DNA of 64,000 bases, taken from positions 9,140 through 73,139 of the forward strand of contig JBBRFQ010000001.1 in NCBI GenBank assembly GCA_038224035.1, read 5' to 3'. Under the pieces are notes generated by a model that saw nothing but the letters and a program-made list of their open reading frames with translations, made no database searches and was not told the DNA's origin. Positions 1 through 10,500 of the stretch are shown one piece after another. The stretch comes from Gemmatimonadales bacterium. GTDB taxonomy: Bacteria > Gemmatimonadota > Gemmatimonadetes > Gemmatimonadales > Gemmatimonadaceae. The translations under genes and the position numbers were made by a program. Position 1 is the first letter of the stretch. The number at the start of each line of letters is the position of its first letter.

Positions 1-891
1 ACTGCCATCGTCGCCCTTGCGATCGGCCTCGATGAACTGCGCGCTATGACGTGACACAATGCGGTATTCCTTATCGCTCCGCGGCAGCGGAATCGTGAGC
101 GTTTCCCGCTTGTCGGCACTGGTGAAGAGAGCGTTGTCGAGTTCACGCGCCGGGACCAACGTGCGCCCAAGGCGTACCACGAGCAACGCACGCGAGCCCC
201 CTTCCTGCGTGACAATCTTGCGATCCAGCAGGTCCTGCTTGGTGCCGACGACGTAGAACACCCGATTCGCGCTCGTTTCCACCTGGCGCACCGTATCCGT
301 GAGCGCAGCTTTTTCATATACGAGCTGGACATTGGCTTCGCGCAACTGACGCACCTCCGTTTCAAACGCGACAATTTCGCGGTCGCGCATGGCCAGACGT
401 GCCTGCAAATCGTCGAGCAGTTCTGCCGCTGCTGACGATTCGCCCCGCAGGGCGATCAGTGAATCCCGCGTACGCTGCAAGTCCGACTGCCGCGCGCTCA
501 GCCGCTGACGCAGCTGTTTCAGCCGCTCAAGGATGTCCGCGCGGGCAGCGCTGGCCTGAGCCTGTCCGCTTTCATCGCCGGCCTGCGGCTGTACCTTGGA
601 CGTCAATCCACGCACCTGACGCAGCTCGGCATCGATCTGGTCGGCGAATCGGCTGGCATCAACGACCTCAGCGATCGCGCGATCCTTGTCCGCACCCGCC
701 GTTCCCACCAGCTGCGCCAGTGAATCGCGCTCGGCCGTGGCGGCCGCGAGCTCGATCGCGAGACGCTCGGCCTCCGCGATCGCCTTCTTGTCCTGACACG
801 CGCCTGATGAGAGCAGCGCGAGGGCGAGACCCGTGATCCGGAGAGCCAACCGTCGAGAGGGCTGGCGGAAAGACATTTTGTGGTGAACCAT
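1..891 (-). CDS. Coiled-coil lipoprotein, partial (3' end lies beyond the window start)
   Basis: Mirror of 55346..56317. The frame stays open to position 1, and the last 81 nt including the stop are outside the window. The right copy shows a signal peptide with a lipobox-like LLSSGAC, a long Ala/Glu/Arg/Leu-rich coiled-coil segment and a beta-rich C-terminal domain. Confidence 0.6.
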   Translation of the reverse strand, partial: MVHHKMSFRQPSRRLALRITGLALALLSSGACQDKKAIAEAERLAIELAAATAERDSLAQLVGTAGADKDRAIAEVVDASRFADQIDAELRQVRGLTSKVQPQAGDESGQAQASAARADILERLKQLRQRLSARQSDLQRTRDSLIALRGESSAAAELLDDLQARLAMRDREIVAFETEVRQLREANVQLVYEKAALTDTVRQVETSANRVFYVVGTKQDLLDRKIVTQEGGSRALLVVRLGRTLVPARELDNALFTSADKRETLTIPLPRSDKEYRIVSRHSAQFIEADRKGDDGS

Positions 892-1091
892 AGAGTTGGG
901 AGACGGGAGTGTGTGTCCGCATCGCGGTCGTGGCAGGACGCCGCGGCAACCCCGCGAACGTATCGCTCTCGCTTGCGTGATGGAAGTGTCAGCCGTCACC
1001 ACTCCAAAGTCTCGGGCTCGCGAGACGGGAAACAGCCCGCCGCCGCGATCGTCAACGTCAGCACCGGGTACGTCCCGGGGAGAAGACGGAG

Positions 1092-1646
1092 ATGCACACA
1101 AGCTCCCGCACGCGACGGCTGCATGTGTTGATGCTCTCAGGCATGCTGGTGACCGCGTGCCGACACAGCATTCCGGTCGGGACGGCGCCGGCCACGCACC
1201 AGCTTCCGCCGACCGAATCGATAATCCTGCTGATGCCGTTGGTCGAGTCGGACGCAGTGCGGGTGCTCCGGCGCACGATTTTCGAGGCCGGATTGCTCTC
1301 CTCCGTGCAGCACTCCACGGAGCGATGGGTCCGCGTGGATCTCGGCGGCGAAACGGAAGGTGAGCAAACCGTCCGCCAATGGCACGTATTCCTTCGCTAC
1401 GACGAGATGCCATGGGGCGCCACGATGGTCAGCTTGCGCGCCGTGGAGCACAGTATGACCTACCTCGTCAATGAGCGCTCACGGGAGCGTCTGCCTGGAT
1501 TTTCACGCGTGAAGACGGTATCGAATCAGTCGCGCGGCTTGTCGCTGCAAGCGTGGCAGCGCGTGGAGCAGATTGCGGAGGCGCTTGTTGCAAAGGGCGG
1601 TGAGCCGCTGACCGAGTTCGGCGTGCGAACCGCGTTGCGACGATAA
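1092..1646 (+). CDS. Hypothetical lipoprotein (184 aa)
   Basis: The N-terminus MHTSSRTRRLHVLMLSGMLVTAC has a basic n-region, a hydrophobic core and a lipobox Cys. Third-position GC bias is consistent with coding. No recognisable family. Confidence 0.5.
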   Translation: MHTSSRTRRLHVLMLSGMLVTACRHSIPVGTAPATHQLPPTESIILLMPLVESDAVRVLRRTIFEAGLLSSVQHSTERWVRVDLGGETEGEQTVRQWHVFLRYDEMPWGATMVSLRAVEHSMTYLVNERSRERLPGFSRVKTVSNQSRGLSLQAWQRVEQIAEALVAKGGEPLTEFGVRTALRR

Positions 1647-1664
1647 CGTCAGCACTTCCCTTGT

Positions 1665-2108
1665 TTAATGCGAGAGCGGCTCGCACGTGTAGGCGCCGTC
1701 TTCCCAAAGGCCTCGCCGTCCGTAGCGATCCTCGCGTTGCACATCAAACTCGAGCCACACCGTGTCGCCGCGAGGCATCCTCGCGCGGAGCGCATCACGC
1801 GAGCGCACGCCAAAGGCCCCTTGGTCCATTTCGGGTGCGTCGAGCAGCAGCAGACGCACACGCTGAATATCGCGGCATCGGAACGAGTCACCGTCGCTCA
1901 CCGCCGCGACAACGCACCGAACACGTGTCGACGCGCCGGGCGCACGCTCAGCATCGCGGTTGGCGGGCTTCGACGCTGCCTCGGTGGGTGCATCACGAAA
2001 GGACGCGGCCCGCGGGACCTCGGCGTTCACGTTGGGAGTCGAGTCGCCCGTGCAGGCGCCAACCGCGAGGCAGACCGTGACGCCACTCCGCCTGAACCAG
2101 GCGATCAC
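1665..2108 (-). CDS. Staphylococcal-nuclease (SNase/thermonuclease)-like lipoprotein, short or possibly C-terminally truncated
   Basis: Motifs seen are VSDGDSFRC, VRLLLLDAPE and DRYGRR, preceded by a signal with lipobox (CLAVGAC). I placed the start at a GTG that overlaps the upstream stop (GTGA). The protein ends right after the DRYGR motif and lacks the usual C-terminal helices. Confidence 0.55.
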   Translation of the reverse strand: MIAWFRRSGVTVCLAVGACTGDSTPNVNAEVPRAASFRDAPTEAASKPANRDAERAPGASTRVRCVVAAVSDGDSFRCRDIQRVRLLLLDAPEMDQGAFGVRSRDALRARMPRGDTVWLEFDVQREDRYGRRGLWEDGAYTCEPLSH

Positions 2109-2932
2109 AGCCAGCCTCGCAGGCGATACACTGTGTATCCAACCGCTTCGTGCAGCGCCGCGCGTGTCGCAGTAATGCGTGCGCCTGGCGTGTCGAGCTG
2201 ACTGAAGGACACGTGGCGTGGTGTGGAGGGTGCGCACATGACCGAAACGCCGGTCGCTTCAAGTGTTGCACAGGCGCGCCGCGCGTGCAGCGGATCGGTG
2301 ACGGCCTGCAGGCGAGACCATTGCTGCGTGCGGGCCAGCGCGGCAAACGCGAGACTTTCGTCATGCGTGTTGCGGACGTCGCGCACCACGTGCACTTCGA
2401 CGGCGCCGCCGAGCAGACTCGCAATGCGTTGCTGGTCGGCCACCGTGCTGATCAGGCGGCCGCGCACGTCGCGCACCTGCTCGGACACGACCACATCCCG
2501 AATCCCGAGTCGCTGTGCATCGTCGAGTGCGCTGACGAGTCGGGAGAGTGCCATCTCGCCGATGTGCCCCCCATCAGTCATTGCACCGGAATACACCACG
2601 ATGGCGTCGGCACGCGCGCCCGGCGCGTCGGCGCGCAACAGGCTGCGCACGGGACGCTCGACCAGTGGGGTAAACAGCACGAGCAGCAGCAGAACAGCGG
2701 TGATGCCGGTGACCAGCCACAGCCAACGCGCGGCGCGAGTGGGCGCCAGCAGCGCGCCGAGAACGAGCGCGCCGAGCCGAAGGGCGGTCTCGCCAGCGCC
2801 GGTGGCCAACGCGAGGCCGAGCGTGAGCGCCATCTCCATGGTACCCAGCGCCAACACGGCACCGGCGGCACGCACAAACCAGCCGGACAATCGTCCGGCT
2901 GGCAAGTTCTCGTTCATGGTGTGCCGCGTCAC
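2105..2932 (-). CDS. DUF218 / YdcF-ElyC-like membrane protein
   Basis: N-terminal TM helices are followed by AIVVYSG...THDESL...VTDPLHARRA, which is a DUF218-type pattern. The start overlaps the S9 peptidase stop by 4 nt (GTGA). Confidence 0.6.
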   Translation of the reverse strand: MTRHTMNENLPAGRLSGWFVRAAGAVLALGTMEMALTLGLALATGAGETALRLGALVLGALLAPTRAARWLWLVTGITAVLLLLVLFTPLVERPVRSLLRADAPGARADAIVVYSGAMTDGGHIGEMALSRLVSALDDAQRLGIRDVVVSEQVRDVRGRLISTVADQQRIASLLGGAVEVHVVRDVRNTHDESLAFAALARTQQWSRLQAVTDPLHARRACATLEATGVSVMCAPSTPRHVSFSQLDTPGARITATRAALHEAVGYTVYRLRGWL

Positions 2933-5013
2933 TCCTGCGAGATCGGACCGCCGCCCGGTTTGCCCGGCGGCGCAGTCCAGCGATCAAACCAGCTGCGCAG
3001 GAACGCCTGTGTACGCAGGAAGTTGGACGGCGTGGAGCTGGTCCCGTGCCATTCGTTGTTGAACCGCACCATGGCCGTGGGCACCTTCAGCACCTTGAGC
3101 GCCTCGTAGTACTCCTCCGTCTGCGCCATCGGTGTGCGCAAGTCGTTCACACCGGTCATGAGCATTGTCGGTGTGCGCACGTTGCCGACATACATGAGCG
3201 GAGAGCGGCGCAGATGCTCCGACGGATCGTCCCACGGAAACTTCTCGAAGTTGCGGTACCAGCTGGGTCCGTCCGTGGTACCCACAAAACTCAGCCAATT
3301 TGTCACCGGGCAGTTCGCGCTGGCCGCGGCAAAGCGGTTCGTGTGTCCCACGATCCAGCTGGTGAGCACACCGCCGCCCGAGCATCCGTACACGTACAGA
3401 CGATTACTGTCGATGTAGCCGCGTCCGATTACCGTGTCGACACCGGCCATGAGGTCGTCGTAGTCCTTGCCGGGATACGCATTCTTGATGGCGTTGCCGA
3501 ATGCCGATCCGTAGCCCGTGGAGCCACGCGGATTGGTGTAGAGCGTGACAAATCCGTGCGACGCATGATCCTGACGCGCAAAGCTGAAGCCCACATTGTA
3601 CATGCTATGCGGCCCCCCGTGAATCTCGAGCAGCAACGGATACTTCTTCGAGGCGTCGAAATCCGGTGGCTTGACAATCCACCCCTGAATCTTGAATCCA
3701 TCGACCGACGTGTACCAGATCTCTTCGGTGGTTGCGAGGTCTTTACCGGCGAGCAGGTCGCCGTTGATGTCGGTCAGCGTGTTGATCTTGTCCGGAGTGC
3801 GCACGTCAAACGTGACGATGTCGGTTGGCTTGCTGCTCGTGGAGCGTGTGCCCACCACCAAGCCGAGCGTGCTCATGTCGGATACGTTCAGCATGTGCGC
3901 ACCCTTGGTCACCACGCGGTGCTGTCCGGTGACCGAGACATAGTGCAGGTTACTCGCGCCGTCACTCTGCAGCGTGAAGTACACCCCGCGGTTGTCCGGC
4001 GCCCATGTCAAATCAGCGGGTGAGCGATCGAGGTCCGCGGTGAGCACACGTGATCCACTGCCGTCCACGTTCATGAGGTAGAGCGCCGCGTCCTTCCACG
4101 TGGCATCAGTGGAGTCATACCCCGTATAGGCGATCAATCGTCCGTCCGGCGACGGCGTCGGATTTCCGTCGGGGCCGCGACGCGTGGTGAGCTGATTGAC
4201 CGCACCGCTCGCCACATTCACGCGATAGATGTCCGATTCGCGCCACGCGTACTCCCAGTTCGGGTCGCGGTTTGCGCTGAACAGCAACGCCAGCCCGTCG
4301 GATGTCCACGTACCACCGGTGTGGTTCCATTCGCCGGTGGTGATCTGGCGCGGAGTCCCGCCATCGGCCGACACGACGAACAGATGCGTCACACCATCGG
4401 GAAGAAACCCCTGACGATCCGCACGATAGCGCACCGTCGTGACGACACGCGGGGGTTCGGTCCACTTCGCGCCTTTCGGTGCGGGCGGCATCGACAGATT
4501 CCAGTTCTCGCGCTGGGGCACCTGCATCTGGAACGACAGATGACCGCCGTCCGGCGACCAGTTGATGTCACTCGGCGACTCGACCACTCGCGTGATCTGA
4601 GACGACGCGCCCTCGGCATCCATCCAGCGAACAAAGATCTGCGAGCCGCCAGGCTCGCCCGGCGCGAGATACGCGATGCGCGTGCCGTCGGGCGACCACT
4701 GTGCATTGGAGCCCTTGCTCAGAAACCGGCTGCGCGATCCGTCGGCGTTCATGAGCCACAGCGCCGACTCGCGCTTGTCGTTGATCGCGTCGATCCACGT
4801 TCTGGTGTAGAGAATCTGGCGGCCGTCGGGCGAGAGCGACGGATTGCTTACGTCCTGCCAGTTCATGTAGTCGGCAATCGTCAGGCGATCAGCGCCCGGA
4901 GCGGGCCGAGCCGATGGACCGGATTGCGCCGGCAGCGACGTGCCGGACAGCAACATGAGTCCAAAGAGCCACGCGGTGGTTCGACGCGGGGAAGACGGGG
5001 TGCGGCAGGACAT
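2929..5013 (-). CDS. S9 family serine peptidase (prolyl oligopeptidase / acylaminoacyl-peptidase type) with N-terminal beta-propeller
   Basis: It has the GxSxGG nucleophile elbow (YVYGCSGGGV), TolB-like repeats (SPDG...) and a signal peptide. The start was moved to the ATG (MSCRTPSS) 5 nt downstream of GGAGG. The ORF track start at 5100 is upstream of the signal sequence. Confidence 0.85.
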   Translation of the reverse strand: MSCRTPSSPRRTTAWLFGLMLLSGTSLPAQSGPSARPAPGADRLTIADYMNWQDVSNPSLSPDGRQILYTRTWIDAINDKRESALWLMNADGSRSRFLSKGSNAQWSPDGTRIAYLAPGEPGGSQIFVRWMDAEGASSQITRVVESPSDINWSPDGGHLSFQMQVPQRENWNLSMPPAPKGAKWTEPPRVVTTVRYRADRQGFLPDGVTHLFVVSADGGTPRQITTGEWNHTGGTWTSDGLALLFSANRDPNWEYAWRESDIYRVNVASGAVNQLTTRRGPDGNPTPSPDGRLIAYTGYDSTDATWKDAALYLMNVDGSGSRVLTADLDRSPADLTWAPDNRGVYFTLQSDGASNLHYVSVTGQHRVVTKGAHMLNVSDMSTLGLVVGTRSTSSKPTDIVTFDVRTPDKINTLTDINGDLLAGKDLATTEEIWYTSVDGFKIQGWIVKPPDFDASKKYPLLLEIHGGPHSMYNVGFSFARQDHASHGFVTLYTNPRGSTGYGSAFGNAIKNAYPGKDYDDLMAGVDTVIGRGYIDSNRLYVYGCSGGGVLTSWIVGHTNRFAAASANCPVTNWLSFVGTTDGPSWYRNFEKFPWDDPSEHLRRSPLMYVGNVRTPTMLMTGVNDLRTPMAQTEEYYEALKVLKVPTAMVRFNNEWHGTSSTPSNFLRTQAFLRSWFDRWTAPPGKPGGGPISQE

Positions 5014-5112
5014 GCATTCCTCCGTAGGCGGGCGGACGGGATTGGAACAGCACCAACAACTGAGCGGCATCTCACGGTGCTCCTGACGATATGTCCGCAA
5101 CCCGCGACGCGG

Positions 5113-5472
5113 CTAGTCGCCGCGGTAGACCACGCGAAAACCGCCGGTCTCAGAAATCTCCACGGCGGCGAGTAAAGGCACCTGCTCGCGAAGTTCGTGC
5201 CAGATCCAGACGGCCAGCCGCTCGCTCGTGGGATTCTCGAGTCCGGGTACGTCGTTCAGAAGGCGATGGTCGAGCGCATCGGCGATCGGAGACCACGCGG
5301 TGGCGAGCTCCGCAAAATCGAGGACCCAACCGCTGACCGGATCGATCGGGCCGCGCACGGTCAAGCGGACGCCGAACGTGTGCCCGTGCAGTCGGCCGCA
5401 GGGGTGTCCCTCGGCCACATTCGGGAGCCGACGAGCGCTCGCTAGCGCGAAGTCGGCGGAGAGCTCTGCCAC
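5113..5472 (-). CDS. queD: 6-carboxy-5,6,7,8-tetrahydropterin synthase
   Basis: 119 aa with a CGRLHGHTFGV zinc/His motif and typical QueD size and layout. Confidence 0.85.
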   Translation of the reverse strand: MAELSADFALASARRLPNVAEGHPCGRLHGHTFGVRLTVRGPIDPVSGWVLDFAELATAWSPIADALDHRLLNDVPGLENPTSERLAVWIWHELREQVPLLAAVEISETGGFRVVYRGD

Positions 5473-5489
5473 GGGTGCCGCCGGACCGA

Positions 5490-6164
5490 TCAGGGGCGGC
5501 GATCGGAAACGGAATCGCGCACGGAATCCAGATAGGCGAAGACGCTGTCATAGCGTGATGCCACTCGGTCGCCGTCAACAAGCCGGCGGACGCCTTTCCA
5601 CTGCTTCACCAGTGAAGATCGCGACTGATCAAGCGAACTCTCGATGACCTGCCGCTTGGACGTACTGGCGTGCACAAACCGACCCTCGCCCACATACATG
5701 CCGATGTGGGTGATGCGAGCGCCAGTGCCGAACGTGAGCAGGTCGCCCGGCTTCAGCTGCGAGCGATCCTTGGGAATGGCCCGCCCCATTCGCGCTTGCT
5801 CCTGCGCGGTACGCGGGAGCGAGATGTCGATGGCCGAGAGCACGTACTTGATCAGCGCGCTGCAGTCGAAGCCGCGTGACGGATCATTGCCGCCCAGCAG
5901 ATACTTGATGCCCAACGCGCCCTGTGCCCGGGCGACTACGGAGTCGCGGAGCGCGGAGACCGAGGCGGCCAGCGCCGAAAAGGCTCTCAGTCGCACGCCG
6001 TCGACGGCTACACGTGGCATCGCGTCGGCCATCGTCTCGGCAGCGGCCGCGCGAGTGGTTCCCGATGAGGACGCTTGGGCCTGCACGCGGTTGACCGGTC
6101 CGAGAACGGCGGTCGCAAGAACCACGGAGGCAACGATTTTTCGCGGGCGTGCCAGTAGAGCCAC
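5490..6164 (-). CDS. NlpC/P60 family peptidoglycan endopeptidase (secreted)
   Basis: Signal peptide, catalytic Cys context GFDCSALIKYV and His context HIGMYVGEGRFVHAS. Confidence 0.8.
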   Translation of the reverse strand: MALLARPRKIVASVVLATAVLGPVNRVQAQASSSGTTRAAAAETMADAMPRVAVDGVRLRAFSALAASVSALRDSVVARAQGALGIKYLLGGNDPSRGFDCSALIKYVLSAIDISLPRTAQEQARMGRAIPKDRSQLKPGDLLTFGTGARITHIGMYVGEGRFVHASTSKRQVIESSLDQSRSSLVKQWKGVRRLVDGDRVASRYDSVFAYLDSVRDSVSDRRP

Positions 6165-6295
6165 GTCGGATAATCGGGAAGCAGGGTTTCGGAAACGGTG
6201 ATCGAACGGCGCGCAGGTACGGAGGAGACGATACCCTGCGGCTATTCGAAACTATCCCGAAAGGTATAGTGCGGAGCGGGCGAGCGCGAGCCCGA

Positions 6296-6628
6296 TTACG
6301 CAGTCGCCGCCTCGAGAAGCACCTTTGTGACCCTGCGGTGTGATCCATGCCACACCGGTGCTCCGTCACGGAACACAATTGTCTGCGGAGACTCGTGGCG
6401 AATGCGCAACGATGACTCGATCGCATTGGAAAGCGACCGCTGACTCAGCACATCGACCATGCGCACTGGCACATCCGGGTTGTCGGCGGCGAACGCTTTG
6501 ACTTCCTCCATGGCGATCGCCGAGAGACCGCAAGACGGGCTGTGTTTGAACAGGACCACCAGGCCGTCTTCGGCCAGCACGTCGAGCCAGGGGGAGTCAG
6601 CGGAGTCGGAGAACGGGACGATTGACAT
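6296..6628 (-). CDS. ytxJ: YtxJ-like monothiol thioredoxin-fold protein (bacillithiol-system type)
   Basis: 110 aa. The VVLFKHSPSCGLS motif matches the KHSxxCxxS signature of the YtxJ family, and the size fits. Confidence 0.65.
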   Translation of the reverse strand: MSIVPFSDSADSPWLDVLAEDGLVVLFKHSPSCGLSAIAMEEVKAFAADNPDVPVRMVDVLSQRSLSNAIESSLRIRHESPQTIVFRDGAPVWHGSHRRVTKVLLEAATA

Positions 6629-6655
6629 GCACGAGGGGTAAGAGCGGTTGGTGGC

Positions 6656-7369
6656 GTGAAATGGATGACAACCTTACAGGCCACTAAATTTGACGAACGT
6701 ATCTTTACCCCGGCAACCGGATTAATGCACCGATCCCCCAGAACCAGTTGGCGCACTCGTGTTACGACGACATTCGGCGCGACGCTCTGTTTTTTCACGT
6801 TGCAGGCCGACCGCGTCGCCGCGCAGGATCTGAATAGGCTCGGTCATACGGTCGGTTCCACGAATGCGCCGGTTGAGGTGATTGAGTTTCTCGATTTCGG
6901 CTGTAGCCAGTGTGCGAGTTTCACGGCCCAATCGTTCGGCATGGTGCAGCGCGAGTTCATCAATACGGGGCAGGTGCGCTGGCGGTCCGTCCCCTTCGTT
7001 GGCGGTGCGTTCCGCCACTCCGCCTTCGCGGCGGAGGCTGCGGAGTGCGCGGCCGAACAGGGGCGCTACTTCGCGATGCACGATTCGCTGTTGGCTAGGC
7101 AAAAGCAGTGGGGACGCGTTGGCAAACCCGCGCCCGTGCTGCTTGAGATTGCCCGTTCCATTGGCGCCGACACCGTACAGTTCAACGACTGCGTGCGCAG
7201 CGAACGCATGCGGGCACGCGTGCGGGAGCACAAGGCCGCGGCGCTTGCGCTGCGCGTGTACGGCACCCCGACATTCTTCCTGCAACGCGAGCGGCGCGTG
7301 CTCGGCGCGATTCCTACGGCGCAGTTTCGTGACATTTTGCGCGCTGAAGTGAACGGGATCGGTCGTTAG
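6656..7369 (+). CDS. DsbA-family thiol:disulfide oxidoreductase (thioredoxin fold)
   Basis: CxxC motif FLDFGCSQCASF and the C-terminal YGTPTFFL motif. An alternative start is the ATG at 6725 (MHRSPRTS...). Confidence 0.75.
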   Translation: MKWMTTLQATKFDERIFTPATGLMHRSPRTSWRTRVTTTFGATLCFFTLQADRVAAQDLNRLGHTVGSTNAPVEVIEFLDFGCSQCASFTAQSFGMVQREFINTGQVRWRSVPFVGGAFRHSAFAAEAAECAAEQGRYFAMHDSLLARQKQWGRVGKPAPVLLEIARSIGADTVQFNDCVRSERMRARVREHKAAALALRVYGTPTFFLQRERRVLGAIPTAQFRDILRAEVNGIGR

Positions 7370-7511
7370 CTCGCGCCTCACTCCACGCTATGCGTTGCTG
7401 AGGTCTACCGCGAGTCGTAGCGCCCGAGCGAATGACCGCGGTCGGCAGCGGTCGGCGGGGGAGATCAATCCCCCGTGACGAACGGATTCGCGCCGACTGC
7501 GTACTCGCAGT

Positions 7512-10500
7512 ATGCTTGGCCGCGAACCCTCAACCCCACTCGCCGTGCTCTCTCGTTCCCTCCGCGCCGCTGCCCTCGCGGCGCTGCTCGTCGGTCCTAC
7601 CGCAGCGTCGGCGGACGCACAACTGATCGCCGACTCCACCACGCGCGCCGCCATGCGCTGGCGCTCCCTTGGCCCCGTGAACATGGTGGGCCGCATCACG
7701 GCGCTGGCCGTCAATCCGAAGAATCACAAAATCTTTTACGTGGCCGGCGCGACCGGAGGCATCTGGAAGACGGTGAACGCGGGCACGACGTTCTTCCCCG
7801 TGTGGGACGACGGACCAATCGCCTCGATGGGCGATATCGCGATTGCGCCAAGCAATCCCGACATCGTGTGGGCGGGCACCGGCGAAGAAGATTCGCGCAA
7901 CTCGGTCGCGCCTGGATTTGGCGTTTACAAAAGCTCCGACGGTGGACTTACGTGGCAGTCGATGGGCCTTGAGAGAACGCAGCACATCGGACGCATCGTC
8001 ATTCATCCCACGAATCCCGACATCGTGTATGTCGCGGCGCTCGGCGCGCTGTGGGGCACGAACGCCGAACGTGGGTTGTACAAGACGGTGGACGGTGGCA
8101 AAACGTGGGCGCTGTCCAAGTTCATCAGCGATCGCGCCGGCTTTGTGGACGTGGCGATGGATCCGCGCGATCCGAATGTGTTGTACGCCGCCAGTTGGGA
8201 GCGCATTCGCAAGCCGAGCTCTTTCAATAGTGGCGGGCCTGGCTCGGCGCTGTGGAAGAGTACCGACGGCGGCACGTCGTGGAACGAAGTTCGCGGCGGC
8301 GGATTCCCCGGGACCATGAAAGGGCGCATCACGCTCGCGATTGCGCGCAGCAATCCCGACGTGGTGTACGCGATGGTCGAAGCGGACTCAGTGCGTGGCA
8401 CGAAGACGCCGCAGCTGTTGCTGAGTGGTTTGTATCGATCTGCCGATGCGGGGACAACGTGGACGTGGATGAGCACCGAGAATCGGCGTCCGTTCTACTT
8501 CTCCGAGATCGCCGTCGATCCGAAAAATCCCGATCGCGTGTATCGTTTGGCCGTCGCGTTCCACGCCTCCGATGACGGTGGGCATTCGTGGCGCGCGAGC
8601 ATGCTTGGCATTCACGAAGACTACCACGCGATGTGGATCAACCCCGACGATCCCGAGCACTTTCTCGTTGGTGGGGACGCCGGACTGTTTCAAACCGTTG
8701 ATCGGGGTGGCACGTACGACGCCCTCAACAAAATGGTGATGTCGCAGTTCTACGGCATCAGTTACGACTATCAGGTGCCCTATCGTGTGTGCGGTGGCAT
8801 GCAGGACAACGGCACGTCGTGCGCCATCACGCGGCGGCGCGGCGGTTCGCTGCAGATGACCGACTGGTTCGCATTGTTTGCCGCCGATGGATTGCAGTCG
8901 GCGCAGAATCCGTTCAATCCCGACATCGTCTATTTCGAGTCGCAGGGTGGCAATCTGATGCGCCGCGACCTCGGCACGGGCGAACTTTCGCGGCTGCGGC
9001 CGCGCACGCTGTCGCGCGCCAACTATGCGCCGCAGATCGCGGCCATTCAGTCTGCGGCGGCCGGACGCAAGCTCACGGCCGAAGAGCAGGGGCGACTCAC
9101 CGCAGTTCGCGCCCGCATGAAAGATGAGTTGAGTGATCCGCAGGTTGCGACGCGGTGGAATTGGAACACACCGTTCATCCTCTCGCGGCACGACGCCAAT
9201 GTGTTCTACGCAGGCGCTGAAAAGCTGTTCAAGTCGGTGAAGAGTGGGCTCGATTTGTACGCGATCTCCCCTGATCTTTCCACCGCCGACGAAGACGTGC
9301 TGCGCATCACGACCGGCTTTGACGCCCTTGGCAATCCCGCGTCTGACGCTACCGGGGGCATCACGCGCGATGCCACGGGTGCCGAAGAGAACGCGACGAT
9401 TGTCACGATCGGCGAGTCGCCGATCAAGCCCGGGATGTTGTATGTGGGCACGAGCGACGGCAAAGTGTGGCTCACCCGGAATGATGGCGGTACGTGGGAG
9501 GATTTGTCGGGCCGATTTGCCGGCGTTCCGCGCAACACGTATGTGAGCCGCGTGGAAGGCTCGCGCTACGACACGGCCACGCTGTACGTGTCATTCGACA
9601 ATCATCGCGAGAATGACTTCACGCCGTATTTGTTCGTCTCACGCGACTACGGAAAGTCATTTGCTTCGTTGGCCGCGGGCATTCCCCGTGACCGGCCCAA
9701 CACGGTGTACGTGGTGCGCGAAGATCCCGTGAACAAGGAGTTGCTGTACATCGGTACGGAACTCGGCGTGTCCGCATCACTCGATGCCGGCAGGTCATGG
9801 TTTGCACTCAACGGCAATCTGCCGGTGGTGCCGGTGTACGACTTGCAGGTGCATCCGCGCGACCGCGAGCTCATCGCCGGCACGCACGGCCGCGGCGTGC
9901 AGATCCTTGATGTCGCGCCACTGCAGCAGATGACGGCGCCGGTGGCTGCGAAGCCCGTGCATGTGTTCGAACCGGCGCCGGCATTTCAGTACGGCCAGCT
10001 GCCTGCACCGTCGGAAGTGCGGGCGCAGAGTCCGTGGCGCACCGAAGGCGGACCGTCGGGCGCCGTGATCACGTATCGCCTCTCTGCGCCGGTCACCGGA
10101 GCAGCGCGCGTGTTCGTGCTCAGCGCCGGTGGTGATACGCTCGCGCGACTGGCCGGCGGCAACACGGCGGGGCTGCATCGTGTGGAGTGGAATCTCGACG
10201 CTGGCGGCGGAGCAGGGGGGTTCGGTGGTGGTGGCGGGCGAGGCGCGCAAGGTGCCGGAGGTGTGCAGCTGGAGGGATTCCCCGCGGGCTACAATCCGCG
10301 TCCGGCAGAAGCACGCGGCGCGGCTGATTCCTCGGCGAGCCCGGCGGCGGTGCAGCGTCGTTTGGCTGCGGCGGCGGCCGCGCCACAAGCAACCGGTGGT
10401 GGTAGTGGTGGTGGCGGTGGCGGCTTTGGCGGATTCGGCGCAGCGCGGCCGGCCGATACCGGTGACTATCGTATCGTGCTCGAGGCCGGTGGTCAGACCA

